This document shows, piece by piece, positions 7,707 through 16,360 of a stretch of 27,880 nt of DNA. The stretch is from Candidatus Rokuibacteriota bacterium. Its GTDB lineage: Bacteria > Methylomirabilota > Methylomirabilia > Rokubacteriales > CSP1-6. Position numbers and translations under genes: made by a program. The stretch covers positions 1-27,880 of the forward strand of contig JACPCX010000136.1 of the NCBI GenBank assembly GCA_016184305.1. Reading direction: 5' to 3'. How positions within the stretch are numbered: the first letter of the stretch is position 1; every line of letters begins with the position of its first letter. Below the pieces are notes generated by a model that worked only from the letters and a program-made list of their open reading frames with translations, had not been told where the DNA came from and ran no database searches.

Positions 7707-8948
7707 TCAGCCTCCGATGCCGAGGCGCTCCCGGACGAGGCGCCTCAGCGACTCCTCGTCGAAGGCTATGCCCTCCCGGCTCGGCGGCGGGGCCTCCGTC
7801 TTGAGCCCGGTCTCGCTCACGACCACGCAGATGCTGGCGTCGGGGTCGACGGCCTTCTCCGCCAGCAGTTCCTGGAGCACCGCGAGGGTGGCGACCCCAG
7901 TGGGCCCCGCCCAGATGCCCTCCGTCCGCGCCAGCAGTGCCTGCGCGCGGAGGATCTCGTCGTCTTCGGCATCGCCCGCCACGCCGCCCGTCTCGCGGAG
8001 GATCCGGAGCACCCACTCGCCCTTGCGCCCGGGGTTCCCCGCGGCGAGCCCTTCGGCCACCGTGTAGCCGATCTTGAGGGGCTGGAGCGGACGCTTCTCT
8101 CGCCAGGCGGAGGCGACGGCGTTGGCGCGCGTGGCCTGGGCGGCCACCATCAGCGGACGCCGCGCGATCCAGCCCAGCCGCTCCATCTCGGAGAACCCGC
8201 GGTGAGCGGCGATGAAGGTCTCGCCCACGGCCACGGGCGCCACCACCACGTCGGGCACCCGCCAGCCCATCTGCTCGGCGATCTCGTAGGCGATGGTTTT
8301 CTTGCCCTCGTGCTTGTAGGCGTTGCGTGAGGCTCCGCAGTCGAAGAACAGCCGATCCTCCACGAGCCGGTCCCAGAGCGTGATGAGGTCGTCGTAGACG
8401 CCCTGGTAGATCACGAGGTCCGTGGCCGTGGCGGCCATGTGCAGGAGCTTGGGCGCCGAGGCCTTCTCGTAGGCGAAGATCAGCGAGCGCAGCCCCGCCC
8501 GCGCCGAGTAGGCGGCGATGGACGAGCCGGCATTGCCCGAGCTCACGACGGAGGTGGCCGTGAAGCCGAACTGCAGGGCGGCCGCCACCGCCGTGGTCGA
8601 GGAGCGGTCCTTCACCGTGCCGGTGGGGTTCGGCCCCTCGAACTTCACGAGCAGCCGGCGCACCCCCAGGTGACGGGCCAGCGCCGGGCATTCGAGCAGC
8701 GGCGTCTGCCCCTCGCCGAGCGTGACCCGGTGCGCGGGGTCGGCGATGGGGAGGACCGGCGCGTAGCGCCAGAGGCCCGTGCCGGCAAGGACGCCGGGGC
8801 CGCGCCTGGCGAGCGCGGTCTCGTCGTACGCGAGCTCGATCAGGCCGCCGCAGAAGCTGCACTGCAGGCGATAGCCCAGCGGGGCGGCCATGCCGCAGTC
8901 GATGCAGCGCAGCTCGGTGGCGAAGGACTCCGGTGTCTCGCTTGTCAT
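7707..8948 (-). CDS. Threonine synthase-like PLP-dependent enzyme (fold type II)
   Basis: N-terminal CxxC...CxxC, LWRY, TLGEGQTPL, KFEGPNPTGTVKDR (PLP Lys), SSGNAG, EGKKTIAYEI; ATG at 8948. Confidence 0.85.
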   Translation of the reverse strand: MTSETPESFATELRCIDCGMAAPLGYRLQCSFCGGLIELAYDETALARRGPGVLAGTGLWRYAPVLPIADPAHRVTLGEGQTPLLECPALARHLGVRRLLVKFEGPNPTGTVKDRSSTTAVAAALQFGFTATSVVSSGNAGSSIAAYSARAGLRSLIFAYEKASAPKLLHMAATATDLVIYQGVYDDLITLWDRLVEDRLFFDCGASRNAYKHEGKKTIAYEIAEQMGWRVPDVVVAPVAVGETFIAAHRGFSEMERLGWIARRPLMVAAQATRANAVASAWREKRPLQPLKIGYTVAEGLAAGNPGRKGEWVLRILRETGGVAGDAEDDEILRAQALLARTEGIWAGPTGVATLAVLQELLAEKAVDPDASICVVVSETGLKTEAPPPSREGIAFDEESLRRLVRERLGIGG

Positions 8949-8949
8949 G

Positions 8950-9943
8950 CTAGCGTTTCCCGAAGCGGCGTTCCACGACGTCGACGATCTCCTCGATGCG
9001 GTGGCGGAGGGTGTGCTCGCCCAGCGCCCGCTTGAGCGCGGCCTGGGCGATCTCGCGCGCCTCGTCCGGGTGGGCGAGGTGGTAGTCGAGCAGGCCACGC
9101 AGCTCGCCGAGGTCCCGGTAGGCCAGCACTTCCTTGCCCGGGGTGAAGAGATGCGGCAGCTCGTCCTTGAGGTCTACCGCCTGGCAGGCGCCGCTGGCGG
9201 CGAGCTCGAAGGCGCGGCTGTTCACGCCGACGATGTCGTTCATGGGGTGGTGATGGTTCAGCGAGAGCGTCGCCCCCGAGTAGATGGCGAGCTTGGCGCG
9301 CCCCCAGACGGGACCGCCCGCGACCATGGACCGCACGGCCGGGGATGCGGCGCGCTGCCACCCGCCGCCCCAGAGCCGCACGGGGTAGCCCGCCAGCTCG
9401 CGCAGAAAGCGCTCGCGGTACGGATAGTGGCTGCCCACGAAGGCCACCGGCGAGGCCAGGGTGCGCTCTTCCTCCGCCGTGAGCATGACCGGGTGGTGCA
9501 TCTCGGGCACGCAGTAGTGTGGCAGGTAGTGGGAGATTCTTCAGGCCCACGGACTCCAGCGCCCGGAGGGCGTAGCGCTCCTTGGTGAAGAAGACGTCGT
9601 AGGCCTCGATGCACTCGAAGGGGATCATCCAGAGCGGATTGTCCGGGAAGATGTTGAGGAAGAGCGTGTCCACCCGCGCCTTCACCCGCCGGATCAGCCC
9701 GGGCGTGATGGGGCCGCCCTTGACGACGAGCACGAGCGACGGGCGCCACGCGACGCACTCGCCCTCGAGGCGCCGCAGGATCCAGAGCTGGTAGGCCGCC
9801 TTGGTCCCGCGGTTCTTGTAGAGCGGGTTGTCGCGCCGGTAGGCGAAGGTCCGGACCTCGTGGCCGAGGCCCACGAGCGCGTCGCGGACATCCACGCCCA
9901 TGTGCCCGGGCCGGTCGAAGGGCAGGACGATCAGCCAGCGCAT
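8950..9943 (-). pseudogene. CgeB-like (spore maturation-type) glycosyltransferase interrupted by a +1 frameshift
   Basis: The frame from ATG 9943 (MRWLIVLPFDRPGHMG...FPDNP...FFTKE) continues, after removing one base in the run at 9531-9533, into NLHYLPHYCVPEMHHP...FVGSHYPYRE...VNSRAFELAASG...HTLRHR, stop at 8950. Confidence 0.8.
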
Positions 9944-10058
9944 TTGCGAGAGCGTATCACAACTGCTGGGAGCGGCGGCTCGATGGCCATCCGAGGGGAT
10001 CGTAGCATGAGTGGGCCGCCGGCACGGTGGCGGCACGGGCGGGGGAGCACACTCGACA

Positions 10059-10088
10059 TTGACAGGCGGAGCGCGGGCGTCCCACAAT
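10059..10088 (+). promoter_or_regulatory. Sigma70-type promoter for the ABC importer operon
   Basis: TTGACA (10059-10064) - N18 - CACAAT (10083-10088), 15 nt before ATG 10104. Confidence 0.5.
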
Positions 10089-10103
10089 ACCGTTCACCTA
10101 CGC

Positions 10104-10871
10104 ATGCGCGCGCCATGGCTCCGCCGGAACCTGCCGTCGCTCGTCCTGTTTGCCGTGCTGCTCGCGGCCTGGCAGCTCGCCGTGAGCGTGTTCCGGGTGC
10201 GCGAGTACATCCTGCCAGGGCCTCTCAGCGTGCTGCGCGCCACCTTCGACTTCCGGATCCCGTGGTGGAGTCACATCTGGATCACGGGCCTCGAGATCGT
10301 CGGGGCCTTCCTGCTGGCGGGAGTCGTCGGGGTGCTCCTGGGCACCGCCATTGCCTGGTCGCCGACGATTGCCTCCGCGCTGGTGCCCTTCCTGGTGTTC
10401 GTGAACACGCTGCCGAAGGTGGCGGTGGCGCCGCTCTTCCTCCTGTGGCTCGGCTATGGGATCCTGCCCAATATGCTGATCGGCGCCCTCATCGGCTTCT
10501 TCCCGGTGGTGATCAACACGGCCGTGGGCCTGAGCCAGGTGGACGCCGAGCTGCTGGATCTGGGGCGCGTCTTCGGCGCGCCCAAGTGGAAGGTCTTCGT
10601 GACCATCCGGATCCCCAACGCCTTCCCCTACATCCTCAGCGCGCTCAAGATCACGGCCACGGCGGCCGTGGTGGGCGCCATCGTGGGCGAGTTCGTCGCC
10701 TCGCAGTCCGGCCTCGGGAGCGTCATCGTCGTCACCCAGACGAACCTCAACACCCCGGTGGCCTTCGCGGCCCTGGTGTGGATCTCCGTCATCGGCCTCG
10801 TCCTCTACGGCGCCGTCGGGCTCGCCGCGCGCTGGCTGGCGCCCTGGGCGGAGATATCGAGCGCCTCCTGA
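10104..10871 (+). CDS. ABC transporter permease (SsuC/TauC/NitT family)
   Basis: ILPGP, LPKVAVAPLFLLWLGYG, FFPVVINT, EAA-like loop, VVGAIVGEF; multiple TM segments. Confidence 0.9.
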   Translation: MRAPWLRRNLPSLVLFAVLLAAWQLAVSVFRVREYILPGPLSVLRATFDFRIPWWSHIWITGLEIVGAFLLAGVVGVLLGTAIAWSPTIASALVPFLVFVNTLPKVAVAPLFLLWLGYGILPNMLIGALIGFFPVVINTAVGLSQVDAELLDLGRVFGAPKWKVFVTIRIPNAFPYILSALKITATAAVVGAIVGEFVASQSGLGSVIVVTQTNLNTPVAFAALVWISVIGLVLYGAVGLAARWLAPWAEISSAS

Positions 10872-10884
10872 AAGGAGACTTCCC

Positions 10885-11892
10885 ATGACACGGCTCATCC
10901 GTCTGGCTCTCGTCCTCGTGCTGGCCGTGGCCGCCGCCGCGCCCGCCGCCGCGCAGGCCCCGCAGAAGGTGGTCTTCGCGCTCAACTGGTTCGCCGTCGG
11001 CGACCACGCCGCCTACTGGGTGGCGCTCGAGAAGGGGTACTACAAGGAGAAGGGGCTCGATGTCGAGCTGCAGAACTCCAAGGGCTCCGGTGACTCCATT
11101 GCCAAGGTGGACACCGGGCGCGCCGACATCGGGCTCGCCGACGCCAGCGTGGTGGTGCCGCGGGTCGCCCAGGGCGCGAAGATCAAGGTGGTCGGCGCGG
11201 TGTTCGACAACACGCCGCTCAACATCTGGACGCGCAAGGACACCGGCATTTCCAAGCCCAAGGACCTCGAGGGCAAGACGCTGGCGGCGCCCCCTGGAGA
11301 TTCCCAGCGCCAGCTCTTCCCCGCTTTCGCCAAGATCAACGGAGTGGACGAGAGCAAGGTGAAGTGGGTGAACATCGAGCCGGCGGCCAAGTTCGTCGCG
11401 CTCTCGGAGAAGCGGGCGGATGCCGTGCCCGACTACACGACCGGCCAGCCGTTCTGGGAGAAGGCGGTGGGGAAGGACAACTTGGTGATGATGCCCTGGC
11501 ACCGGTTCGGCTTCGACACCTATTCCATGTCCATCTTCGCCAGCGAGAAGACCATGAACGAGCGGCCGAAGGTGCTCCGTGATTTTCTGGAGGCCTCCTA
11601 CAAGGGCTGGCGGGACGTGATGGCGGACCCCAGGGCCGCGCTCGAGATCTTCAAGAAGCGGGTGCCCGAGATCGACCTCGCCCTGATCGAGCCCAACATG
11701 ATGCTCGGGCTCGACCTCATGCGGACCGACCGCTTTGCTCAGAACGGGATCGGCTGGATGGACCGGAGCAAGATGTGCCGCACCGTCGAGCTGATCAACA
11801 CCTACATGGATGTGCCCCGCAAGGTGGGCTGCGATGAGGTCTTCACCAATTCGTTCCTGACGAAGATCGAGCCCCCGAAGAGCATGAAGTAG
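10885..11892 (+). CDS. ABC transporter substrate-binding protein (NMT1/THI5/SsuA-like)
   Basis: Signal peptide; LNWF..GDHAAYWVALEKGYYKEKGLDV, GSGDS, PKDLEGK; RBS AAAGGAG. Confidence 0.92.
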   Translation: MTRLIRLALVLVLAVAAAAPAAAQAPQKVVFALNWFAVGDHAAYWVALEKGYYKEKGLDVELQNSKGSGDSIAKVDTGRADIGLADASVVVPRVAQGAKIKVVGAVFDNTPLNIWTRKDTGISKPKDLEGKTLAAPPGDSQRQLFPAFAKINGVDESKVKWVNIEPAAKFVALSEKRADAVPDYTTGQPFWEKAVGKDNLVMMPWHRFGFDTYSMSIFASEKTMNERPKVLRDFLEASYKGWRDVMADPRAALEIFKKRVPEIDLALIEPNMMLGLDLMRTDRFAQNGIGWMDRSKMCRTVELINTYMDVPRKVGCDEVFTNSFLTKIEPPKSMK

Positions 11893-11893
11893 G

Positions 11894-12724
11894 GTGACGA
11901 CGGATCGCGCGGTGCCCGACCCCGCCGGAGGGCTCATCGCCTTCGACGGGGTCGGGATGACCTATGCCGCCGCGAGCGGCCTCGTCGAGGCCCTCCGCGA
12001 CATCTCCTTCGCGGTGGGGCAGGGACAGCTGGTGGCGCTGGTCGGGCCCAGCGGCTGCGGCAAGTCCACGCTGCTGCGGATCGTGGCGGGGCTCCGCCCG
12101 CCCACCGTCGGGCGCGTCGTCGTGGACGGGCAGCCGGTCACCAGGCCGCTGTCCTCGGTGGGCATGGTCTTCCAGGCGCCGGTGCTGCTCAAGTGGCGGC
12201 GGCTCCTCGACAACGTGCTCCTGCCCGCGGATCTCGCCGGCCACCGGCGTGACGAGTACCTGGGTCGGGCCGACGACCTCCTCCGGATGACTGGGCTCGT
12301 CGAGTTCTCGAACAAGTATCCGGGCGAGCTGTCGGGCGGCATGCAGCAGCGCGCCTCGCTGTGCCGGGCGCTGCTGCTGGACCCGCCCATCCTCCTCATG
12401 GACGAACCCTTCGGCGCGCTGGACGCCATGACGCGCGACGAGATGAACCTCGAGCTGCTCCGCGTCTGGGGCGAGGGGGCCGGCCCCTCGACCCTCAGGA
12501 AGACCATCCTCTTCGTCACCCACTCGATCCCCGAGGCCGTGTTCCTGGCCGACCGTGTCGTGGTCATGACGCCGCGTCCCGGCCGGGTGGCGCGGACCTT
12601 CGAGGTGGACCTGCCGCGTCCGCGCACGGTGGCGCTGCGTGCGAGCCCCGAATTCGGGCGGCTCTCGCTCGAGATCTACGAGACGCTGACCGTGCGCGAG
12701 CCCGCCGCTACCGCGATCGCCTGA
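11894..12724 (+). CDS. ABC transporter ATP-binding protein (SsuB/TauB/NitT family)
   Basis: Walker A GPSGCGKS, signature LSGGMQQR, Walker B LLMDEPFGALD, VTHS. Confidence 0.93.
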   Translation: MTTDRAVPDPAGGLIAFDGVGMTYAAASGLVEALRDISFAVGQGQLVALVGPSGCGKSTLLRIVAGLRPPTVGRVVVDGQPVTRPLSSVGMVFQAPVLLKWRRLLDNVLLPADLAGHRRDEYLGRADDLLRMTGLVEFSNKYPGELSGGMQQRASLCRALLLDPPILLMDEPFGALDAMTRDEMNLELLRVWGEGAGPSTLRKTILFVTHSIPEAVFLADRVVVMTPRPGRVARTFEVDLPRPRTVALRASPEFGRLSLEIYETLTVREPAATAIA

Positions 12725-13751
12725 AGCGCGCGGCGAGGAGCGGATCCACGAGCGCCGCCGTGGCGACCATCGCGGCGTCGGCGCCCGCCTCGAGCATCTC
12801 GCGGGCGCGCTCGACGGTCGTGATGCCGCCCACCGCCAGGATGGCCCGGTTCCAGGCCCCGGCCTTGCGCCACGCGATGAGCTCCTGCACCTGCACTCGG
12901 CAGTTGTCGTAGACGGCCGCTCCCGAGACGCCCGCGAGCTCCCGTCCGGAGCCGGGGAAGGCCGGGACTCCGGTTTCCTTGACGACCCGCCGCTGAAGCC
13001 CGTTGACCAGGATGAAGCCGTCGAGCCACGGGGCGAGCCGTGTCGCCAGCTCGTGCAGCGCGCGCGGGCTCGGCGTCGCGCCGAGCTTGGCGATGACCGG
13101 GTGGCTCCCGAGGGCGCGGCGCACGCGCTGCACGATGCGGCCCGAGAGGTCCTTGTCCTCGAAGATCATCTGCGGGTGCTCGCCTGTGGTGTTGGGGCAG
13201 GAGAGGTGCACCTCCACCACGTCGGCGCCCGCCTCCGCCGCCCACTGCGCGCAACGCACGTAATCCTCGGCGAGCTGCTCCCCGTCCCCCCCCGGCATGG
13301 GTGTGCCCGCGACGCTGACGATGAGGAGCTGTTCCTTCCCGAGCCGGGCGCGCGCGCGCTTGACGTCGGCGCGCCACTCGTCGGGATCGGCCGAGGGGAG
13401 CCCGAGCGAGACGGCCCAGGTGACGGTGGCGGGGTCCGGGTTCCGCGGCGCCTTGGCTGCGGCCGTCGAGGGGTCGCCGAGGCGGCAGAAGACGAGGTTG
13501 GGCTGGAGGAACGCCTGGCGCGTCACCGTGCGGACCGTCTTGTAGGTCAGGAGCCCGTAGCCGAGACGCGCGTAGGCCTGGATCCACTGCGCGTTGGGCA
13601 GCGGGCCCGCCGCGATGCCCAGGGGACACTCGACTCGACGGCCGAACACGAAGGCCGGCGGGCCGGCAGGCAGCTTGCGCGGACGGGCCGGGAGCTTCGG
13701 CGGATGGCCTGCGTTCCAGGCGAAGGAGCGCCCCAGGCGGTACGTGATCAT
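12708..13751 (-). CDS. Dihydroorotate/dihydropyrimidine dehydrogenase-like FMN-binding TIM-barrel protein
   Basis: Start MITYRLG at 13751 (ATGA overlap); PLGIAAGP, TYKTV, EVHLSCPN, AKL, GVSG, AVGGIT motifs. Confidence 0.8.
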   Translation of the reverse strand: MITYRLGRSFAWNAGHPPKLPARPRKLPAGPPAFVFGRRVECPLGIAAGPLPNAQWIQAYARLGYGLLTYKTVRTVTRQAFLQPNLVFCRLGDPSTAAAKAPRNPDPATVTWAVSLGLPSADPDEWRADVKRARARLGKEQLLIVSVAGTPMPGGDGEQLAEDYVRCAQWAAEAGADVVEVHLSCPNTTGEHPQMIFEDKDLSGRIVQRVRRALGSHPVIAKLGATPSPRALHELATRLAPWLDGFILVNGLQRRVVKETGVPAFPGSGRELAGVSGAAVYDNCRVQVQELIAWRKAGAWNRAILAVGGITTVERAREMLEAGADAAMVATAALVDPLLAARFRRSR

Positions 13752-15211
13752 CGGGCGGCCTCCAGGGACTCGAACGTCCACTCGGCCAGCGGGGTCATGG
13801 ACGGCAGGTCCGGGTCGAAGGCGATCCCGCAGCCGGGTGCCGCGAGGGACGCGACTCGGAGGGCGCCGCGCTCGATCCGGAGGAAGGCCTGCGTCTCGTC
13901 GCCCACGTACAGGTCGGGGTGCAGGCGTGTCGCGTCCCGGCGCTCGCGGGGCGAGCAGTGGCGGAGCCCGTGGACGTAGTGGTGGCCGTTCCGCTCCACG
14001 TGCGTGATGCCGAGCGCCCGCACGGTGGCGAGATCCTGCTGCACCGGCACCACGGGGACGTTCGTCAGGTCCTCGGCGCTCATGAAGAGGCGCTCCGCGG
14101 CGGGGCGGCCGCGGTTCCACCGCTCCACGAGCGAGCGGTTCAGGAAGGACTTGACGATGCCCTTGCAGTTCTTCGTCGACACGCCGCGGTAGCCGAGTCG
14201 CACGGCCTGCGCGAAGGAGTCGAGATCGCCGTCGCTCTCGTCGACGATCATCGGGATCTGCCGCCCCAGCGTCGACAGGCCCTCGGTGGCGGCCGCGTGG
14301 AGGGCGATGGCGCGGTCGAGCGGCTGCTCGATGAAGGCGGTGGAGGGGACCAGACGCGACAGGGCCGGGGCGCGGCGCATGGCGTCCACCAGGCGCGCGA
14401 AGTCCTCCACGCTCTTGTACTGCTCGTTGCCGTCCAGCGAGACCAGGTAGGGCTCGGGGATCAGGCGGTCGAGGGTCGCGGCGATGCGCCCGAGGCGGTC
14501 CAGGTCGGCATCGAGCTGGCCGCCGACCTTGAGCTTGAAGTGGCGCAGCCCCTGGCGCTCCACGCATTCCTCGAGCGTCTGCGGGAGCCCGTCCCGGAGC
14601 CAGCCGTCGGCCGGCACGTCCGCGGCGACGATGGCGTCGAGGAGCCCCACCGTGTGCCGCACGGCGATGCGCTCGGGCGGGGGCGCTCCCGCCCACGCCA
14701 GCACGTCGGCCAGGGAGAGCTCCGGGTGCACGGCCTCGGGGCGCAGCCCCAGCACGTTGTCGCGCAGCATCCCCACGACGTCCAGCCCGGCCAGGCGTCC
14801 CGCGGCATCGGCCAGCGCCCGCTCGAAGAGCGAGGAGCCGAAGGACGCCGTGAGGCTGTTGAGCCCGAGATCGCGGCCCTGCCGGCGGCAGTCGGGATAC
14901 GCCTCCAGCCAGATGTCGAAGACCGGGCGCGGGGTCCGCGCGGCCTCGAGATAGGCGGTGTGGGCAGCGCCGATGGAGGCGAGCTGGTCCTCCACGTTGT
15001 CGCGGAAGGTCTTCGTTGGATCCTTGTCGAACCACTTGGGCGGGAGGTTGTCGGCCGCGAAGCCCCGGCCGCGCCGGCCATCCGCCGCCTCGACCTCCAC
15101 GGCCAGATGGAGCAGGGGGAAGTGGGTCAGCGTGACGACGCCGTAGCGGAACGGCAGGCGGGTGCGCAGGTTCCTCAGGTGGAACGACGCCGACTTGAGG
15201 GCCAGTCTCAT
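13748..15211 (-). CDS. Enolase-superfamily (mandelate racemase/muconate lactonizing-like) protein
   Basis: Start MRLALKS at 15211; RLPFRYG capping domain, FKLK (KxK), LDGNE, IEQP, DESD metal-ligand motifs. Confidence 0.8.
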   Translation of the reverse strand: MRLALKSASFHLRNLRTRLPFRYGVVTLTHFPLLHLAVEVEAADGRRGRGFAADNLPPKWFDKDPTKTFRDNVEDQLASIGAAHTAYLEAARTPRPVFDIWLEAYPDCRRQGRDLGLNSLTASFGSSLFERALADAAGRLAGLDVVGMLRDNVLGLRPEAVHPELSLADVLAWAGAPPPERIAVRHTVGLLDAIVAADVPADGWLRDGLPQTLEECVERQGLRHFKLKVGGQLDADLDRLGRIAATLDRLIPEPYLVSLDGNEQYKSVEDFARLVDAMRRAPALSRLVPSTAFIEQPLDRAIALHAAATEGLSTLGRQIPMIVDESDGDLDSFAQAVRLGYRGVSTKNCKGIVKSFLNRSLVERWNRGRPAAERLFMSAEDLTNVPVVPVQQDLATVRALGITHVERNGHHYVHGLRHCSPRERRDATRLHPDLYVGDETQAFLRIERGALRVASLAAPGCGIAFDPDLPSMTPLAEWTFESLEAAR

Positions 15212-16197
15212 GCGAATGCCGGCATGACCTCGCGGGCGAGGAGATCGAGCTCGCGCATGATGTGCGCGTGGGGCATCCCGGGGAAGAAGAGGCGGCAGAT
15301 GAGATGGGTCATGCCGTACTGCGTGACGAAGGGCCGGAGCGCCTCGATGACGCGGTCGGGGCTGCCGATGAGGAAGCGGTCCCGCATGACGGTGTCGAGG
15401 TCGGTGGCGATGGCGGCGTCGATGAACGGATGCTTCCAGCCGCCGGCGTACTCCTTCCGGTAGGACACCATGATGTGTCGCTCCGCCAGCTCCCGCGCTT
15501 CCGTGTCCGTGTCGGCGATGATGACGTCGCGCGTGAGGGGCCACTCGGTGATGGGCGCCGTGAGCCCGGCCCGGGCGCGGTTGTCGAGGAACTGCTTCTT
15601 GCCGGCGATGAGCCGCGGCAATTCGGCCGTGGGCCCGGGGATCCAGTTGTCGCCGAGCGTGGCCGCCCGCCGCAGCGTGAGCTCGCCCCAGCCGCCGATC
15701 CAGACCGGGGGGTGAGGCTTCTGGAGCGGCTTGGGCTCGAGCCGTCCCTCCACCTGGTAGTAACTCCCCTTGAAGGAGAGCGAGTCCCGGGTCCACAGGC
15801 CCTTCATGACCGCGAGCTGCTCCTCGAAGCGGGCGCCCCGCTTCTCGATGTCGACCCCGTACAGCGCGAACTCGTCGGGCTTGTAGCCGATGGCGACGCC
15901 GAGGACGAAGCGGCCGCCGGACATGACGTCGAGCATGGCCACGTCCTCGGCCAGGCGCGCGGGATGGTAGAAGGGCGCCACCAGGATGTCGGTGCCGAGC
16001 CGCAACCGGGAGGTGCGGGTGGCGAAGCCGGCCAGCACGGTCAACGGCGACGGCCAGTAGTGGTTCTGGACGGAATGGTGCTCCTCCATCCAGATCGAGT
16101 CGAAGCCGAGGTCCTCGCCGCGCACCACCTCCTCGAGGGCCTCGGGGTAGAGATGCCCGCCCTCGATGGGGATGAAGCCGATCTTGAGCCTGGCCAT
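15208..16197 (-). CDS. LLM class flavin-dependent oxidoreductase (luciferase-like monooxygenase)
   Basis: GFDSIWMEEHH, HPARLAEDVAMLDVMSGGRFVLGVAIGY, PKPLQKPHPPVWIGG; ATG 16197 with GAAAGGA RBS. Confidence 0.92.
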   Translation of the reverse strand: MARLKIGFIPIEGGHLYPEALEEVVRGEDLGFDSIWMEEHHSVQNHYWPSPLTVLAGFATRTSRLRLGTDILVAPFYHPARLAEDVAMLDVMSGGRFVLGVAIGYKPDEFALYGVDIEKRGARFEEQLAVMKGLWTRDSLSFKGSYYQVEGRLEPKPLQKPHPPVWIGGWGELTLRRAATLGDNWIPGPTAELPRLIAGKKQFLDNRARAGLTAPITEWPLTRDVIIADTDTEARELAERHIMVSYRKEYAGGWKHPFIDAAIATDLDTVMRDRFLIGSPDRVIEALRPFVTQYGMTHLICRLFFPGMPHAHIMRELDLLAREVMPAFA

Positions 16198-16220
16198 GCG
16201 CGGTCCTTTCGATGGTCTGT

Positions 16221-16358
16221 TCAGTGGAGTGCGGCCCACTGGCCCTCCGGATCCGGCGGGGTCCACCAGGGCGCGAGGCCCAGGTCGTCGCAGATGATCC
16301 GGGCGGCATTATACCCCGGCAGCCCGGTGATGTTGCCGCCCGGATGGACGGCGCCGCC
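16221..16358 (-). pseudogene. C-terminal remnant of a phytoene-desaturase-like NAD(P)/FAD oxidoreductase
   Basis: GGAVHPGGNITGLPGYNAARIICDDLG resembles the family's C-terminal GxxxHPGGG(V/I)TGxPGxNAA motif; only ~45 codons, no start, abutting the upstream stop. Confidence 0.7.
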
Positions 16359-16360
16359 GC

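Noticed and set aside
9525..9540. Programmed ribosomal frameshift or phase-variable tract
   Set aside because: No slippery heptamer or long homopolymer, only a 3-nt run.
12708..16309. ORF-track calls of 775 aa and 853 aa as large fusion proteins
   Set aside because: Their N-terminal extensions overlap upstream genes in other frames and are Arg/Pro/Gly-rich noise; real starts are at 13751 and 15211 via ATGA coupling.
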